From Candidatus Kaftiobacterium secundum (lineage in GTDB: Bacteria > Sysuimicrobiota > Sysuimicrobiia > Sysuimicrobiales > Kaftiobacteriaceae), in the NCBI GenBank assembly GCA_031459765.1, contig JAVKHY010000001.1, positions 221,701-285,700 on the forward strand: a stretch of 64,000 nt of DNA, read 5' to 3'. A program made the position numbers and the translations under genes. Position 1 is the first letter of the stretch. Every line of letters starts with the position of its first letter. Shown here piece by piece: positions 1 through 9,520 of this stretch. The notes under the pieces are model-generated. The model saw only the letters and a program-made list of their open reading frames with translations. It searched no databases and was not told where the DNA came from.

Positions 1-2
1 TG

Positions 3-551
3 CTCCTCCTGTACTACCGCCTGGGATGGCTGCCCGGACCGGGGCGGCTGGACCTGGAAATCCTCCCGCCGCCCGGCCGCACCCGCCTGCTCATCCTGGA
101 CAGCCTGCTCGCCGGCCACTGGGCGGCCCTGCGCAACGCCCTGGCCCATCTGGTCATGCCGGCCTTCGTCCTGGGATATGTGGCCACAGCGACGATCGCC
201 CGCGTCACCCGGTCCAGCATGCTGGATGTCCTGTATCAGGACTACATCCGCACGGCACGGGCGAAGGGCCTGGTGGAACGCGTCGTCATCCTGCGGCACG
301 CGCTGCGCAATGCCCTGATTCCCACCGTCACTGTGATCGGCCTGGTCTTCGGCGGCCTCCTGGAAGGCTCGGTGCTCACCGAGACGATCTTCGCCTGGCC
401 GGGGCTGGGGCGGTATATCACGACCGGGTACGTCACGCTGGACTATCCCGCCGTGATGGGCGGGACGCTCTACATCGCCGTGGTGTTCTCCGTCGTGAAC
501 CTCATCGTGGACCTGACCTATGCCTTCCTCGACCCCCGCATCCGCCTCTGA
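3..551 (+). CDS. dppB: ABC peptide/nickel transporter permease (DppB/OppB family), 5' truncated by window edge
   Basis: Frame open from position 3 (LLLYYRLGWLP...); EAA loop ARAKGL..RVVILRHALRNAL; C-terminal DPRIRL. Confidence 0.9.
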   Translation, partial: LLLYYRLGWLPGPGRLDLEILPPPGRTRLLILDSLLAGHWAALRNALAHLVMPAFVLGYVATATIARVTRSSMLDVLYQDYIRTARAKGLVERVVILRHALRNALIPTVTVIGLVFGGLLEGSVLTETIFAWPGLGRYITTGYVTLDYPAVMGGTLYIAVVFSVVNLIVDLTYAFLDPRIRL

Positions 552-1428
552 GCCCGTCCGGGCGGCCGTGCGGCCCGCCTCGCCCCGATACGAGGAGGTG
601 CGCCGCGCCTACCGCCTGTGGCGCCGCAGCCTCCTGTCCGTCGTGGGCACCGTGCTGGTGGGCCTGATCATGGCCGTGGCGCTCTTCGCGCCGTGGATTG
701 CCCCCTACGACCCGCTGGCTCAGGACTTTTCCGTCCGACTGCAGCCTCCCAGCCGCGCGCACTGGTTCGGGACCGATCAGTTCGGCCGGGATATCTTCAG
801 CCGCGTCGTCTTCGGCTCCCGGATCGCGCTGGAGATCATCCTGATCGTCTCGGCGATCAGCGGCGGGGTGGGAGCGCTGGTGGGGTGGATCGCCGGCTAT
901 TTTGGCGGGCGGACGGACGAAATCCTCATGCGGATTACCGACATGTTCCTGGCCTTCCCCAGCCTCGTCCTGGCCATGGCCTTCGCCGCCGCGCTGGGCC
1001 CGAGCCTGCCGAACATGATCCTGGCCATCTCCCTGGTCACCTGGACCCCGTACGCCCGGCTGGCGCGCGGGGAGACGCTGCGCACGAAGGCCCAGGATTT
1101 CGTCGAGGCGGCCCGGGCGATGGGAGCCAGCGACCTGCGGATCATCTTCCGGCACGTCCTGCCCATGACGGTGTCGGTCCTCATCGTTCAGCTGACGCTG
1201 CGGATGGGAACGATCATCCTCACCGCCGCCGGCCTGGGATTTCTGGGATTGGGGGCGCAGCCGCCGACCCCGGAGTGGGGGGCCATGGTCAGCGACGGAC
1301 GCAACTACCTGGTCGATCAGTGGTGGATGTCCACCCTGCCCGGGTCGGCGATCGCCGCGGCGGTGCTCGGCTTCAACCTGCTGGGGGACGGCATTCGGGA
1401 CATTCTGGATCCGCGGCTCCGGCGCTAG
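520..1428 (+). CDS. dppC: ABC peptide transporter permease (DppC/OppC family); true start may be GTG 568
   Basis: HWFGTDQFGRDIFSR, EAARAMGAS, PPTPEWG motifs. Confidence 0.9.
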   Translation: MPSSTPASASEPVRAAVRPASPRYEEVRRAYRLWRRSLLSVVGTVLVGLIMAVALFAPWIAPYDPLAQDFSVRLQPPSRAHWFGTDQFGRDIFSRVVFGSRIALEIILIVSAISGGVGALVGWIAGYFGGRTDEILMRITDMFLAFPSLVLAMAFAAALGPSLPNMILAISLVTWTPYARLARGETLRTKAQDFVEAARAMGASDLRIIFRHVLPMTVSVLIVQLTLRMGTIILTAAGLGFLGLGAQPPTPEWGAMVSDGRNYLVDQWWMSTLPGSAIAAAVLGFNLLGDGIRDILDPRLRR

Positions 1429-1442
1429 GACGCCGGGCCGCG

Positions 1443-2462
1443 TCAGGCGCGGCCCAACTCGGTGCGCACCGCCCGGATGACGGCCTCGCCCTCGGCGCTG
1501 TCGGTCACGAGCTCGATGGCCTCCGGCGAGGGCGCACCGAGGCCGAGCTCCACGGCCCGTCGAATCTGGTCCTGGGCGAAGATCGGTCCTCTGGCGACCG
1601 GTCCGGTCGCGCCGTGTATTCGCAACAGCGCCACCCCCACGGCGTCGATCGCCACGCGGTCGCTCCCCGCCAGGACGACTTCCGGCCGCGCCAGCCGCCC
1701 GACCTCCGGCCCGCCTTCCACGAAGGCCTCGATGCCGTCCAGCACGACCACCGCGGGGCGGTAGAGCACATTGATCTCGGCGATCAGCGTCCGCTGCAGC
1801 GGAGAGCCGTGCAACTCCTGCATGTAATCGTAGCCGTCGGGCCCGACCTTGGCCACCATCCCGACGGAGTTCTTCAGGGAGAGGGTGAAGTGCCCGCCGA
1901 AGCGGTGCGTTTTCAGGCAGCAGGTCTGGATGAGGACGTCCGCCCGCTCCAGCAGCGCCGGGTACAGGACTCCCCTGCGCCAGTGCCCGCCCGGGATCGT
2001 CTTGGGAAGCCATTGCGTAGGAGGGAGCGCGTCCAGCGCCACCACGCGCGCGCCAAGCGATCCGGCCAGCGTGTCGATTCCCTTCTGCCGGATCACGGTG
2101 GCGGTGTTCCCCATGCCGCTCCGGTCGGCCACCACGATGTCGCGCGCTCCCGCGGCCCGGCACAGCTCGAGCAGGGTCTGCAGCGTCTCGTTGTGGGTGG
2201 AGCCGGGGAACGGATCGCTGCTGTTCAGATTCGGCTTGATCACGACGGACCGGTCCCGGAGGCTCAACGGCGGCAGCAGGCGCAGGGCGCGCAGCACGCC
2301 ATCCCGATGACCGGAGGTCTTGACCAGCGCCACCCGGGCCGTCCCCGGTGCCGCGTGCGCAGCCGCCTGCACGGCGGGCAGCGGAAGGGCAAGACGGCGC
2401 AGGGCTGCGGCCCCGCCGGCGGCCGCGGCCGCGGAGAGCAATCGCCGCCGTGTAAGCTTCAT
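1443..2462 (-). CDS. DUF362 family protein with twin-arginine (Tat) signal
   Basis: SD GGAGGA before ATG 2462; MKLTRRRLL..; VVIKPN, CLKTH..TLSLKN..G motifs. Confidence 0.8.
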   Translation of the reverse strand: MKLTRRRLLSAAAAAGGAAALRRLALPLPAVQAAAHAAPGTARVALVKTSGHRDGVLRALRLLPPLSLRDRSVVIKPNLNSSDPFPGSTHNETLQTLLELCRAAGARDIVVADRSGMGNTATVIRQKGIDTLAGSLGARVVALDALPPTQWLPKTIPGGHWRRGVLYPALLERADVLIQTCCLKTHRFGGHFTLSLKNSVGMVAKVGPDGYDYMQELHGSPLQRTLIAEINVLYRPAVVVLDGIEAFVEGGPEVGRLARPEVVLAGSDRVAIDAVGVALLRIHGATGPVARGPIFAQDQIRRAVELGLGAPSPEAIELVTDSAEGEAVIRAVRTELGRA

Positions 2463-2564
2463 GGCTCCTCCACCGCAGGCTTCGGCAGGAGGCGGGACGT
2501 TCCTGTGGCCGAAGTTACGACCATGAAGAGTATGAGCACCCACATCGGGCACGACCGGTAGAGC

Positions 2565-3470
2565 ATGCGGTACGGCGTCGTCTTCCCTCAGACCGAGATC
2601 GGCACCGACCCCGGGGCGATCCGCGCCTTCGCCCAGGCCGCGGAGAACCTAGGCTACCACCACATCCTCATCTATGACCACGTCCTGGGCGCCAGGCCGC
2701 GGGGCGGGGAGTGGCTGGGCTACACCGCCGACGATATGTTCCACGAGATCTTTGTGCTCCTGGGATTCCTGGCCGCAGTCACGACGCGCCTGGAACTGAC
2801 CACGGGCATCCTCATCCTCCCCCAGCGCCAGACCGCGCTCGTCGCCAAGCAGGCCGCCGAGGTCGACGTCCTGAGCGGCGGCCGCCTGCGTCTGGGCATC
2901 GGCGTGGGCTGGAACTACGTCGAGTACGAGGCCCTGGGCGAACGCTTTGAGGAGCGGGGCCGGAAGGTCGAGGAGCAGATCACCGTCCTGCGCGAACTGT
3001 GGACGAAGCCGCTCGTGAACTTCACGGGACGCTACCACCGCATCGTGGACGCCGGGTTGAATCCGCTGCCGGTGCAACGGCCGATTCCGATCTGGATGGG
3101 CGGAGAGAGCGACGCGGTGATACGCCGGATCGCCCGGATGGGCGACGGGTGGATCCTGGGCGGGACGCTGCGCTCTCCCCATGCGCGTCACCCCCAGGTA
3201 CCGGGTGGGTACGCGGCAATGGTCGCGCGGCTGCGCGCGTTCCAGCGGGAAGCCGGGCGCCCGCCGGACGCGGTGGGGCTGGAACGCCGCGTGGCGTACT
3301 CGGCCGGCCCGGAGAAGTGGGCGAGCACCCTCGAGGAGTGGCGTCGGCTCGGAGGGACGCACCTCTGCCTGAGCACCATGAACGCCGGCCTCGCTTCCCC
3401 CGACGGTCACATCGAGGCGATGCGGGCCTTCCGCGAGGCTCTGCCTCGCGCCCGGGCCGATGGCGGATAG
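2565..3470 (+). CDS. LLM-class (putatively F420-dependent) oxidoreductase
   Basis: DHVLG, LAAVTTRLELTTGILILPQRQ, SGGRLRLGIGVGW, PIPIWMGG. Confidence 0.85.
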   Translation: MRYGVVFPQTEIGTDPGAIRAFAQAAENLGYHHILIYDHVLGARPRGGEWLGYTADDMFHEIFVLLGFLAAVTTRLELTTGILILPQRQTALVAKQAAEVDVLSGGRLRLGIGVGWNYVEYEALGERFEERGRKVEEQITVLRELWTKPLVNFTGRYHRIVDAGLNPLPVQRPIPIWMGGESDAVIRRIARMGDGWILGGTLRSPHARHPQVPGGYAAMVARLRAFQREAGRPPDAVGLERRVAYSAGPEKWASTLEEWRRLGGTHLCLSTMNAGLASPDGHIEAMRAFREALPRARADGG

Positions 3471-3699
3471 AGGCGGCGCCATCAAGAGCGTGCTGCCCCT
3501 GCTGAACCCGGTGGTGCGCCGCCTGCCGGCGTACTCCCGGTTGACCTGGGCGATGATCGACGAAGATCTCCGCGCCCTGAACGCGACCGGGCGCATCCTG
3601 GGACGCACCGCCCTGCGCGTCGGCTGGCGGGCGGCCGGCGCAACGGCCCGCGGCGTCAGACATCTGGGGCGGCGGATCCTCGGGCGCTCTTCCGGATGA
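3460..3699 (+). CDS. Small hypothetical protein, possibly an internally deleted YkvA/DUF1232-type gene
   Basis: 79 aa ORF overlapping both neighbours; RLPAYSRLTWA resembles DUF1232 N-termini but the LxPIDLIPD core is absent. Confidence 0.4.
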   Translation: MADRGGAIKSVLPLLNPVVRRLPAYSRLTWAMIDEDLRALNATGRILGRTALRVGWRAAGATARGVRHLGRRILGRSSG

Positions 3700-4814
3700 A
3701 CTCTCGCCTCGGCGAGGTCGCCGCGCTCTTCCTGCGCCTGGGCGCCACGGCCTTCGGTGGGCCGGCCGCGCACATGGCGATGATGCGCGAGGAAGTCGTC
3801 CGCCGCCGGCAGTGGCTCTCCGACCAGGAGTTCCTGGACCTGATCGGCGCCAGCAACCTGATCCCCGGCCCGAACTCCACCGAGATGGCGATCCACGTGG
3901 GCTACAGGCGCGCCGGGCCCGCGGGCCTGATCGTCGCCGGCGTCTGTTTCATCGTCCCGGCGATGCTGATCGTCCTGGCCCTGGCCTGGGTCTACGTCAG
4001 GTATGGTGCCAGGCCCGAAGCGACCCGGCTGCTGTACGGCGTCAAGCCGGTGATCATCGCCATCGTCGCGCAGGCGCTGCTCGGTCTGGGCCGTACGGCG
4101 GTCAAGAGCCGCTTCCTCGCCGCCCTCGCCGTGACCGTGCTGGCGCTGTACTTCCTGGGGATCAACGAGATCGTGCTGCTCGCCGGCGGCGGTATGCTCG
4201 CGGTGGCCGCCGCCCGGCGGGTGCGCTCCGAAGCGGCGCTGCTGCTGGCGATGGCGCCGGCCTATGCCGCCTCCGCGGCGATTGCGCCGTCAGCACCGGC
4301 GAGCCTGGTGCGGATGTTCGCGATCTTCCTGAAGATCGGGGCGGTGCTCTACGGGAGCGGATACGTCTTGCTGGCCTTCCTGCGCTCGGACTTCGTCGTG
4401 CGTCTGGGCTGGCTCACTGAACGGCAGCTCCTGGACGCCGTGGCCGTCGGCCAGTTCACGCCCGGCCCGGTCTTCACCACCGCCACCTTCATCGGGTACC
4501 TTCTCGGCGGGGCGGGCGGAGCGTTGCTCGCCACGGCCGGCATCTTCCTGCCGGCGTTTGTCTTCGTGGCGATCAGCCACCCCTTCATCGCGCGCCTGCG
4601 GCGGTCGGAGGCGGCCGGCGCGGCGCTGGACGGCGTCAACGCCGCCTCGCTGGCGTTGATGGCCGGCGTGACGTTCCAGCTGGGGCGGACGGCGCTGGTG
4701 GATGTGTGGACGGTGGCCGCGGCGCTCGCGGCGTGGCTACTGCTGGCCCGCGGGCGCATCGACTCCAGCTGGCTGGTCCTCGGCGGAGGAATACTCGGAC
4801 TGCTGCTCCGCTGA
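3696..4814 (+). CDS. chrA: Chromate efflux transporter (long-chain CHR)
   Basis: AFGGPAAH, LIPGPNSTEM, YGSGY, GQFTPGP: two CHR repeats. Confidence 0.92.
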   Translation: MNSRLGEVAALFLRLGATAFGGPAAHMAMMREEVVRRRQWLSDQEFLDLIGASNLIPGPNSTEMAIHVGYRRAGPAGLIVAGVCFIVPAMLIVLALAWVYVRYGARPEATRLLYGVKPVIIAIVAQALLGLGRTAVKSRFLAALAVTVLALYFLGINEIVLLAGGGMLAVAAARRVRSEAALLLAMAPAYAASAAIAPSAPASLVRMFAIFLKIGAVLYGSGYVLLAFLRSDFVVRLGWLTERQLLDAVAVGQFTPGPVFTTATFIGYLLGGAGGALLATAGIFLPAFVFVAISHPFIARLRRSEAAGAALDGVNAASLALMAGVTFQLGRTALVDVWTVAAALAAWLLLARGRIDSSWLVLGGGILGLLLR

Positions 4815-4830
4815 TCCGCTCGGGTCCGCC

Positions 4831-5913
4831 CTAGTCTCCGCCGCCCCGCTCTTCGAGGGCGCGCAGGATGTCGGCTTCGCTGACCGTTCCGATCAGCCGT
4901 CCTTCCTGGACGACCGGTAGCCGGCGGAGGCGGCCGCGGGCCAGGCGCGCGGCACACTCCCAGACGGAGAGCTCGGGCACAACGGCCTGCTCCGGATCGA
5001 AGGGCTCGGTCTCGGAGGCGGGCTGCATCACGTCGGCGGCGATCTGGGACGCCGGCCAGCGGCGTCCCCGGTGTCCCCACCAGCGATGTCCCGCGAGCGC
5101 CGCCAGGATGTCGCTGTCGCTGACGATCCCGATGATCGTCCGCCCTTCCTGCACGGGGAACCGGCGCACGCCCTCCACGGCCATGCGGGAGGAGCAGGCC
5201 GGGATCGTGGCCTCGGGCTCGATGGTCATCACGGGGGAGGAGGCGACCTCTCCCACAGAAACGTCGCCGACGTCCAGACCGCGGGCCACGACCTTCGTCA
5301 CCACGTCGCGCTTGGTCACAATGCCCGCGGCGGGATCTCCGTCCTCGGGCACGAGCAGGCTGGCCACGCCGGCCCGGACCATCTTGGCCGTGGCCTCGCG
5401 GACCGTGGCGTCGGGAGCCACGGTGAGCACGGGAGAGGACATCAGATCCCGCACCGTCCGCACCGGCCCGGTCTGCGCCGCCCGCCTCACCGCGCGGGTC
5501 TTGCGGACCAGGCGCGCCTGCTGCCACTCCAGGGGCGGCACGAGGGCCGTGAAGACGTCGGTGTCGCTGACCAGCCCCACCAGACGCCCGCCGTCCACCA
5601 CCGGCAGCCGGCGGATGCGAGAGCGGGCCATCTGCGCCGCGACTTCCTGCAGCGACCAGGTCGGGGCCGCCGTGATCAGCCGCCAGGTAGTCACTTCCCC
5701 GACCCGCACCGCGTCGGGATCCAGGCCGTAGGTGACGATCTTGCTGATGATGTCGCGCATGGTCAGGATGCCGTGCACCAGGGTCCCGCCGGGCGGGGAG
5801 ACCAGGACACTGCTGATCCCGCGGTCGCGCATCGCGAGGAGGGCCTGCGCCACGGTATCCTCAGGGGCGGAAATCACCGGCCTGGGGGTCATCACGTCCG
5901 CAACCGTCACCAT
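4831..5913 (-). CDS. Multi-CBS domain protein (two full CBS pairs plus a degenerate third)
   Basis: Start at ATG 5913 with GGGAGG SD; repeated VADVMT..RRLPVVD.GRLVG..SD.D units. Confidence 0.85.
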   Translation of the reverse strand: MVTVADVMTPRPVISAPEDTVAQALLAMRDRGISSVLVSPPGGTLVHGILTMRDIISKIVTYGLDPDAVRVGEVTTWRLITAAPTWSLQEVAAQMARSRIRRLPVVDGGRLVGLVSDTDVFTALVPPLEWQQARLVRKTRAVRRAAQTGPVRTVRDLMSSPVLTVAPDATVREATAKMVRAGVASLLVPEDGDPAAGIVTKRDVVTKVVARGLDVGDVSVGEVASSPVMTIEPEATIPACSSRMAVEGVRRFPVQEGRTIIGIVSDSDILAALAGHRWWGHRGRRWPASQIAADVMQPASETEPFDPEQAVVPELSVWECAARLARGRLRRLPVVQEGRLIGTVSEADILRALEERGGGD

Positions 5914-5986
5914 GGGATGCCTCCCGGGGGAATAGCCGTACTTTTCACGAAGAGAACGGACACTTCCTGTTCGCCAGGTGATCGGG

Positions 5987-7306
5987 ATGTCACTGCTCCA
6001 GCACAACCGGAACCACCTCATCCATCCGGTCCACGCCGAGACGGAGGTGCGTGAGGCCGTGGTCCTCACGGACGGCCACGGGGCCGTACTGCGCGCCGCC
6101 GACGGCAGGGAATACCTGGATGGGTTGAGCGGCCTGTGGAACGTCCACGTCGGCCACGGCCGATCTGAACTGGCCGAGGCGGTGGAGCGACAGATGCGGC
6201 GGCTGGCCTACGCCTCGGCCTATGCCGGCTTCACCAACGAGCCGGCGATCCGCCTGGCCGGGGAGATCCTGCGCCGGGCGTATCCCCGCCTGACCGGCGT
6301 GTACTTCACAACCGGCGGAGCAGAGGCCAACGAGACGGCGTTCAAGATCGCCCGGTACTACTGGCGCCGGCAGAGACGACCGTCAAAGACCAAGGTGATT
6401 TCGCGCCACCACGCCTACCACGGCCTGACCCTGGGCGCGATGAGCGCGACGGGCATCCCGGCCTTCCACCGTATGTTCCAGCCCCTCGCCCCCGGTTTCA
6501 TCCACATTCCGCCGTCCTATCCCTACCGGTATCCGGGCTCGATGGCGGAGGCGCTGGAAGAGGCCATTCGCGAGGAGGGGCCCGACACGGTCGCGGCGTT
6601 CATCGCCGAGCCGGTGATCGGCGCCGGCGGCGTCATCCCGCCGACGCCGGACTACTTCCCGGCCATCCGTGAAATCTGCGACCGCCACGATGTTCTCTTC
6701 ATCGCCGATGAGGTCATCACCGGCTTCGGACGCACAGGCCGGTGGTTCGCCCTCGAACACTGGGGCGTGCAACCGGACCTCGTCACCTTCGCCAAGGGTG
6801 TGACCAGCGCCTACCTGCCGCTGGGAGGCGTGATGGTCTCCGCCGAGATTCACCGCGCCATCCGGGAGGCGCCGCCCGAGGAGCGCTTCATGCACGCCGC
6901 CACCTACTCCGCGCATCCCACCTGCTGCGCCGTGGGCCTGGCCAACCTGGAGATCTTCGAGCGGGAAGACCTGGTGCGCCGGGCGGAGGTGCTGGGGCGG
7001 CGGCTGTTCGCACGGCTGGAAGATCTCCGCGATCTCCCCCGGGTGGGCGACGTCCGCGGGCTGGGACTGATGGCGGGGGTGGAGCTGGTGGAAGACCGAG
7101 GGACGAAGGCGCCGGCCCTCGGCATCGGCGCCCGCATCCTGGCCGAGGCCCGCGCCCGCGGATTGATCACCCGGATCCGCCACGGCCAGTCCGGCGAGCA
7201 CCCGATCGGCGATACGCTCCTCCTGGCGCCCCCGCTGGTGACGTCGGAGGCGCAAATCGACCAGATGGTCGGAATCCTCCGGGAGGCGATCGCCGCCGTC
7301 GCGTAA
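5987..7306 (+). CDS. Class III PLP aminotransferase (omega-amino acid/putrescine-pyruvate type)
   Basis: DGLSGLWNVHVGH, AYHG, FIADEVITGFGRTG, TFAKG. Confidence 0.9.
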   Translation: MSLLQHNRNHLIHPVHAETEVREAVVLTDGHGAVLRAADGREYLDGLSGLWNVHVGHGRSELAEAVERQMRRLAYASAYAGFTNEPAIRLAGEILRRAYPRLTGVYFTTGGAEANETAFKIARYYWRRQRRPSKTKVISRHHAYHGLTLGAMSATGIPAFHRMFQPLAPGFIHIPPSYPYRYPGSMAEALEEAIREEGPDTVAAFIAEPVIGAGGVIPPTPDYFPAIREICDRHDVLFIADEVITGFGRTGRWFALEHWGVQPDLVTFAKGVTSAYLPLGGVMVSAEIHRAIREAPPEERFMHAATYSAHPTCCAVGLANLEIFEREDLVRRAEVLGRRLFARLEDLRDLPRVGDVRGLGLMAGVELVEDRGTKAPALGIGARILAEARARGLITRIRHGQSGEHPIGDTLLLAPPLVTSEAQIDQMVGILREAIAAVA

Positions 7307-7457
7307 CGGCGCGACCGGCAGCGGGCCGGTCGGACCGACCGGCTCTCCCAAAGCACACACACGGCTGTGAGCGTGTAGCCCACAGCCGCGCGTGCACACG
7401 TCGGTCCGGATCAGTTATTGTTATCTTATCACCCCGTGGTGCCCCAGGCAACGGCGG

Positions 7458-7739
7458 ATGAGACGCAACCGGATGGCCTCGGCCATCCTCCGGGCGATGG
7501 CCGTCTACACCGGCCTCCTGGGCCTGCTGTTTGCCGCCTACCACCCGGGCGCCGCGGCGTTGTTCCGGACCCCCGTGCGCGATCCGCGCAGCCTCTTCGG
7601 CTTCGGCGTCGCGCTGCTCACGATCGCCGCCCTGAAGGCCGTCATGGCCCAGGATCCGGCGCGCCACCGCACAATGGTGGGCATCATCCTGGCCGGCGAG
7701 GTGATCGTGCGTCGGTCCGGAAACCGGTCGCGGAGCTGA
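7458..7739 (+). CDS. Small membrane protein, possibly 3'-truncated or frameshifted
   Basis: Two to three hydrophobic segments, then a hydrophilic tail that overlaps the convergent M28 gene. Confidence 0.35.
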   Translation: MRRNRMASAILRAMAVYTGLLGLLFAAYHPGAAALFRTPVRDPRSLFGFGVALLTIAALKAVMAQDPARHRTMVGIILAGEVIVRRSGNRSRS

Positions 7740-9474
7740 TCGCCGCGACTATGAGGTGGATGGGGTGAGCCGCCCAGACCCCGACGGCCAGCAACCGGAT
7801 CCCCACGGCGAGGGTGGCGAAGGCCGGGACGACCTGCACCGGCGTGAACTGCCCGTAGGCGATCCCGAGGAAGACGTACCAGAGAATATACCAGCCCACC
7901 TGAAGGGTCGCCGCATACTGCGCGAGGAGCAGGACGACCGGAGTGAATCCACCCGCCACCAGGACGGCGTTGGCCGCCCGTCCGAGGGTGGAGGGGCGCA
8001 TCCGGATCCAGATCCACAGCAAGGCCGGGGGCAGGAGGAAGGTGACCGCGGCGAAGGGGTTGGCGGCCAACGTGACCACGACAAGCAGGGCGAGGACGCC
8101 CAGCAGGGCCCCGACCCGATGCTCCACCTCCTCCGGCCCGGCGGCCGGCCGGCGGGGCAACAAGAGACGGCCCCCCAGCGCCGCGGCGGCAAGAACGGCC
8201 AGGGACACCACCACCGCCGGCCACAGGACGCCGGTCAGGAGCGGATGGCGTGGCGGCGGGGCGTAGAGCGCGTAGCGCGGCAGCAGGCCCAGCCACGGCA
8301 GCAGTTTGATCGTCACGACCCAGACCAGCAGCACCCCGAGCACGGCGCCGGCGCGCAGCACCTCCTGCCCCATCACCCCGGGGGGCGCCTGCCCTGGACG
8401 CCACCGCAGCGCCAGGGCCGCGGCCAGAGGCGCGAAGACCACGACCTGCACCGCGCACAGCGGCCAGGAGGGTACCACCAGCCCCGGGCCGAGCCGCAGG
8501 TAGACCGATTCTTCGCTTGGCACGACCGAGAGGGTGTCGATCGCTCTGACTATCCGCTCCTGGATCCGGCCGTAGGCGAGAAGTGAAGCCGGTTGCATAT
8601 GCTCGATGGTGTCCTCGGGCAGGTGGTACACGCGCGCCTTCAGGACCGCGTCGTCGGTGCGGCCGGCGAGGTCGATGGCCGGGATGCCGGCGCCCAGGAA
8701 GGGCCCCTGGTCGGTGCTCGAGATGAGCAGGGACCGCTGGATCCACTCCAGCACCGGTGGGACTTCGTCGGTGCGGTAGCCTTCCCGCAAGGCGGCATCC
8801 GCCGCCAGCGCGCGCAGCCAGGCCGGGGCGAACCCCCGGAACTGTCCGATGCCGTCGATGCCGAGCGCGGCCAGCGGTCCCGGGTCGAGATCCTCGATGG
8901 AGAGGGCGGCGACGATCTGCCTGCGCTGCGGATAGGTGCGGACGAAGTGACGGGCGCCGAGCATCCCCCATTCCTCGCCGTCCGGGAAGAGAAAGAGCAG
9001 CGTGCGCCGATGGGGGACGGCGGTCAGAACGCGGGCCAGTTCGAGGATCGTGGCGACGTGACCCGCGGTGTCGCTCGCCGCCTGGAAACTGGTCGGCGCC
9101 ATGTCGTAGTTGCCGACCAGCACGACGATCTCGTTGCGGCGATCCGTTCCCGGGCTCAGCGCCCAGATGTTCTCCAGGACGGTCGGACTCGGTCCCCCCA
9201 TCCAGGCGCGAAAGGTCTCGCGCTGACCTTCGAGACCGATCCGGGTGAGGCGATCTGCGAGCCAGTGGGCGGCAGCCTGCCGATCCGGCCCGCCCGACCA
9301 GCGACGGGGGAACCGCGTGGCCAGCGTCCCCAGGTCGGCCCAGGCCCGCTCGCCGGAGAAGGTCACCGCGCCGGGCCAGGCAGGCGGTCCCGCGTAGGGC
9401 CGGGCCAGCCGCGGCAGGACGACGGGGAAGCCCAGGGCCGCCGCGCTGAGGAGCAGGAGGACCATCCGGCGCAC
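7684..9474 (-). CDS. M28 family peptidase-like protein with N-terminal anchor and C-terminal multi-TM region
   Basis: FSGERAW, GNYD, ASDTAG, DGEEWGMLGA, YHLPEDT, followed by several TM helices. Confidence 0.8.
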   Translation of the reverse strand: MRRMVLLLLSAAALGFPVVLPRLARPYAGPPAWPGAVTFSGERAWADLGTLATRFPRRWSGGPDRQAAAHWLADRLTRIGLEGQRETFRAWMGGPSPTVLENIWALSPGTDRRNEIVVLVGNYDMAPTSFQAASDTAGHVATILELARVLTAVPHRRTLLFLFPDGEEWGMLGARHFVRTYPQRRQIVAALSIEDLDPGPLAALGIDGIGQFRGFAPAWLRALAADAALREGYRTDEVPPVLEWIQRSLLISSTDQGPFLGAGIPAIDLAGRTDDAVLKARVYHLPEDTIEHMQPASLLAYGRIQERIVRAIDTLSVVPSEESVYLRLGPGLVVPSWPLCAVQVVVFAPLAAALALRWRPGQAPPGVMGQEVLRAGAVLGVLLVWVVTIKLLPWLGLLPRYALYAPPPRHPLLTGVLWPAVVVSLAVLAAAALGGRLLLPRRPAAGPEEVEHRVGALLGVLALLVVVTLAANPFAAVTFLLPPALLWIWIRMRPSTLGRAANAVLVAGGFTPVVLLLAQYAATLQVGWYILWYVFLGIAYGQFTPVQVVPAFATLAVGIRLLAVGVWAAHPIHLIVAAISSATGFRTDARSPRRPG

Positions 9475-9520
9475 GATGCCAGGAAATACGGCAGACCTCT
9501 GCTAGCCACCTTCGCAGCGC

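Noticed and set aside
7320-7435. Perfect hairpins and a short CA run after the aminotransferase
   Set aside because: Likely terminator or REP-like stems; single copy, no array or CRISPR periodicity
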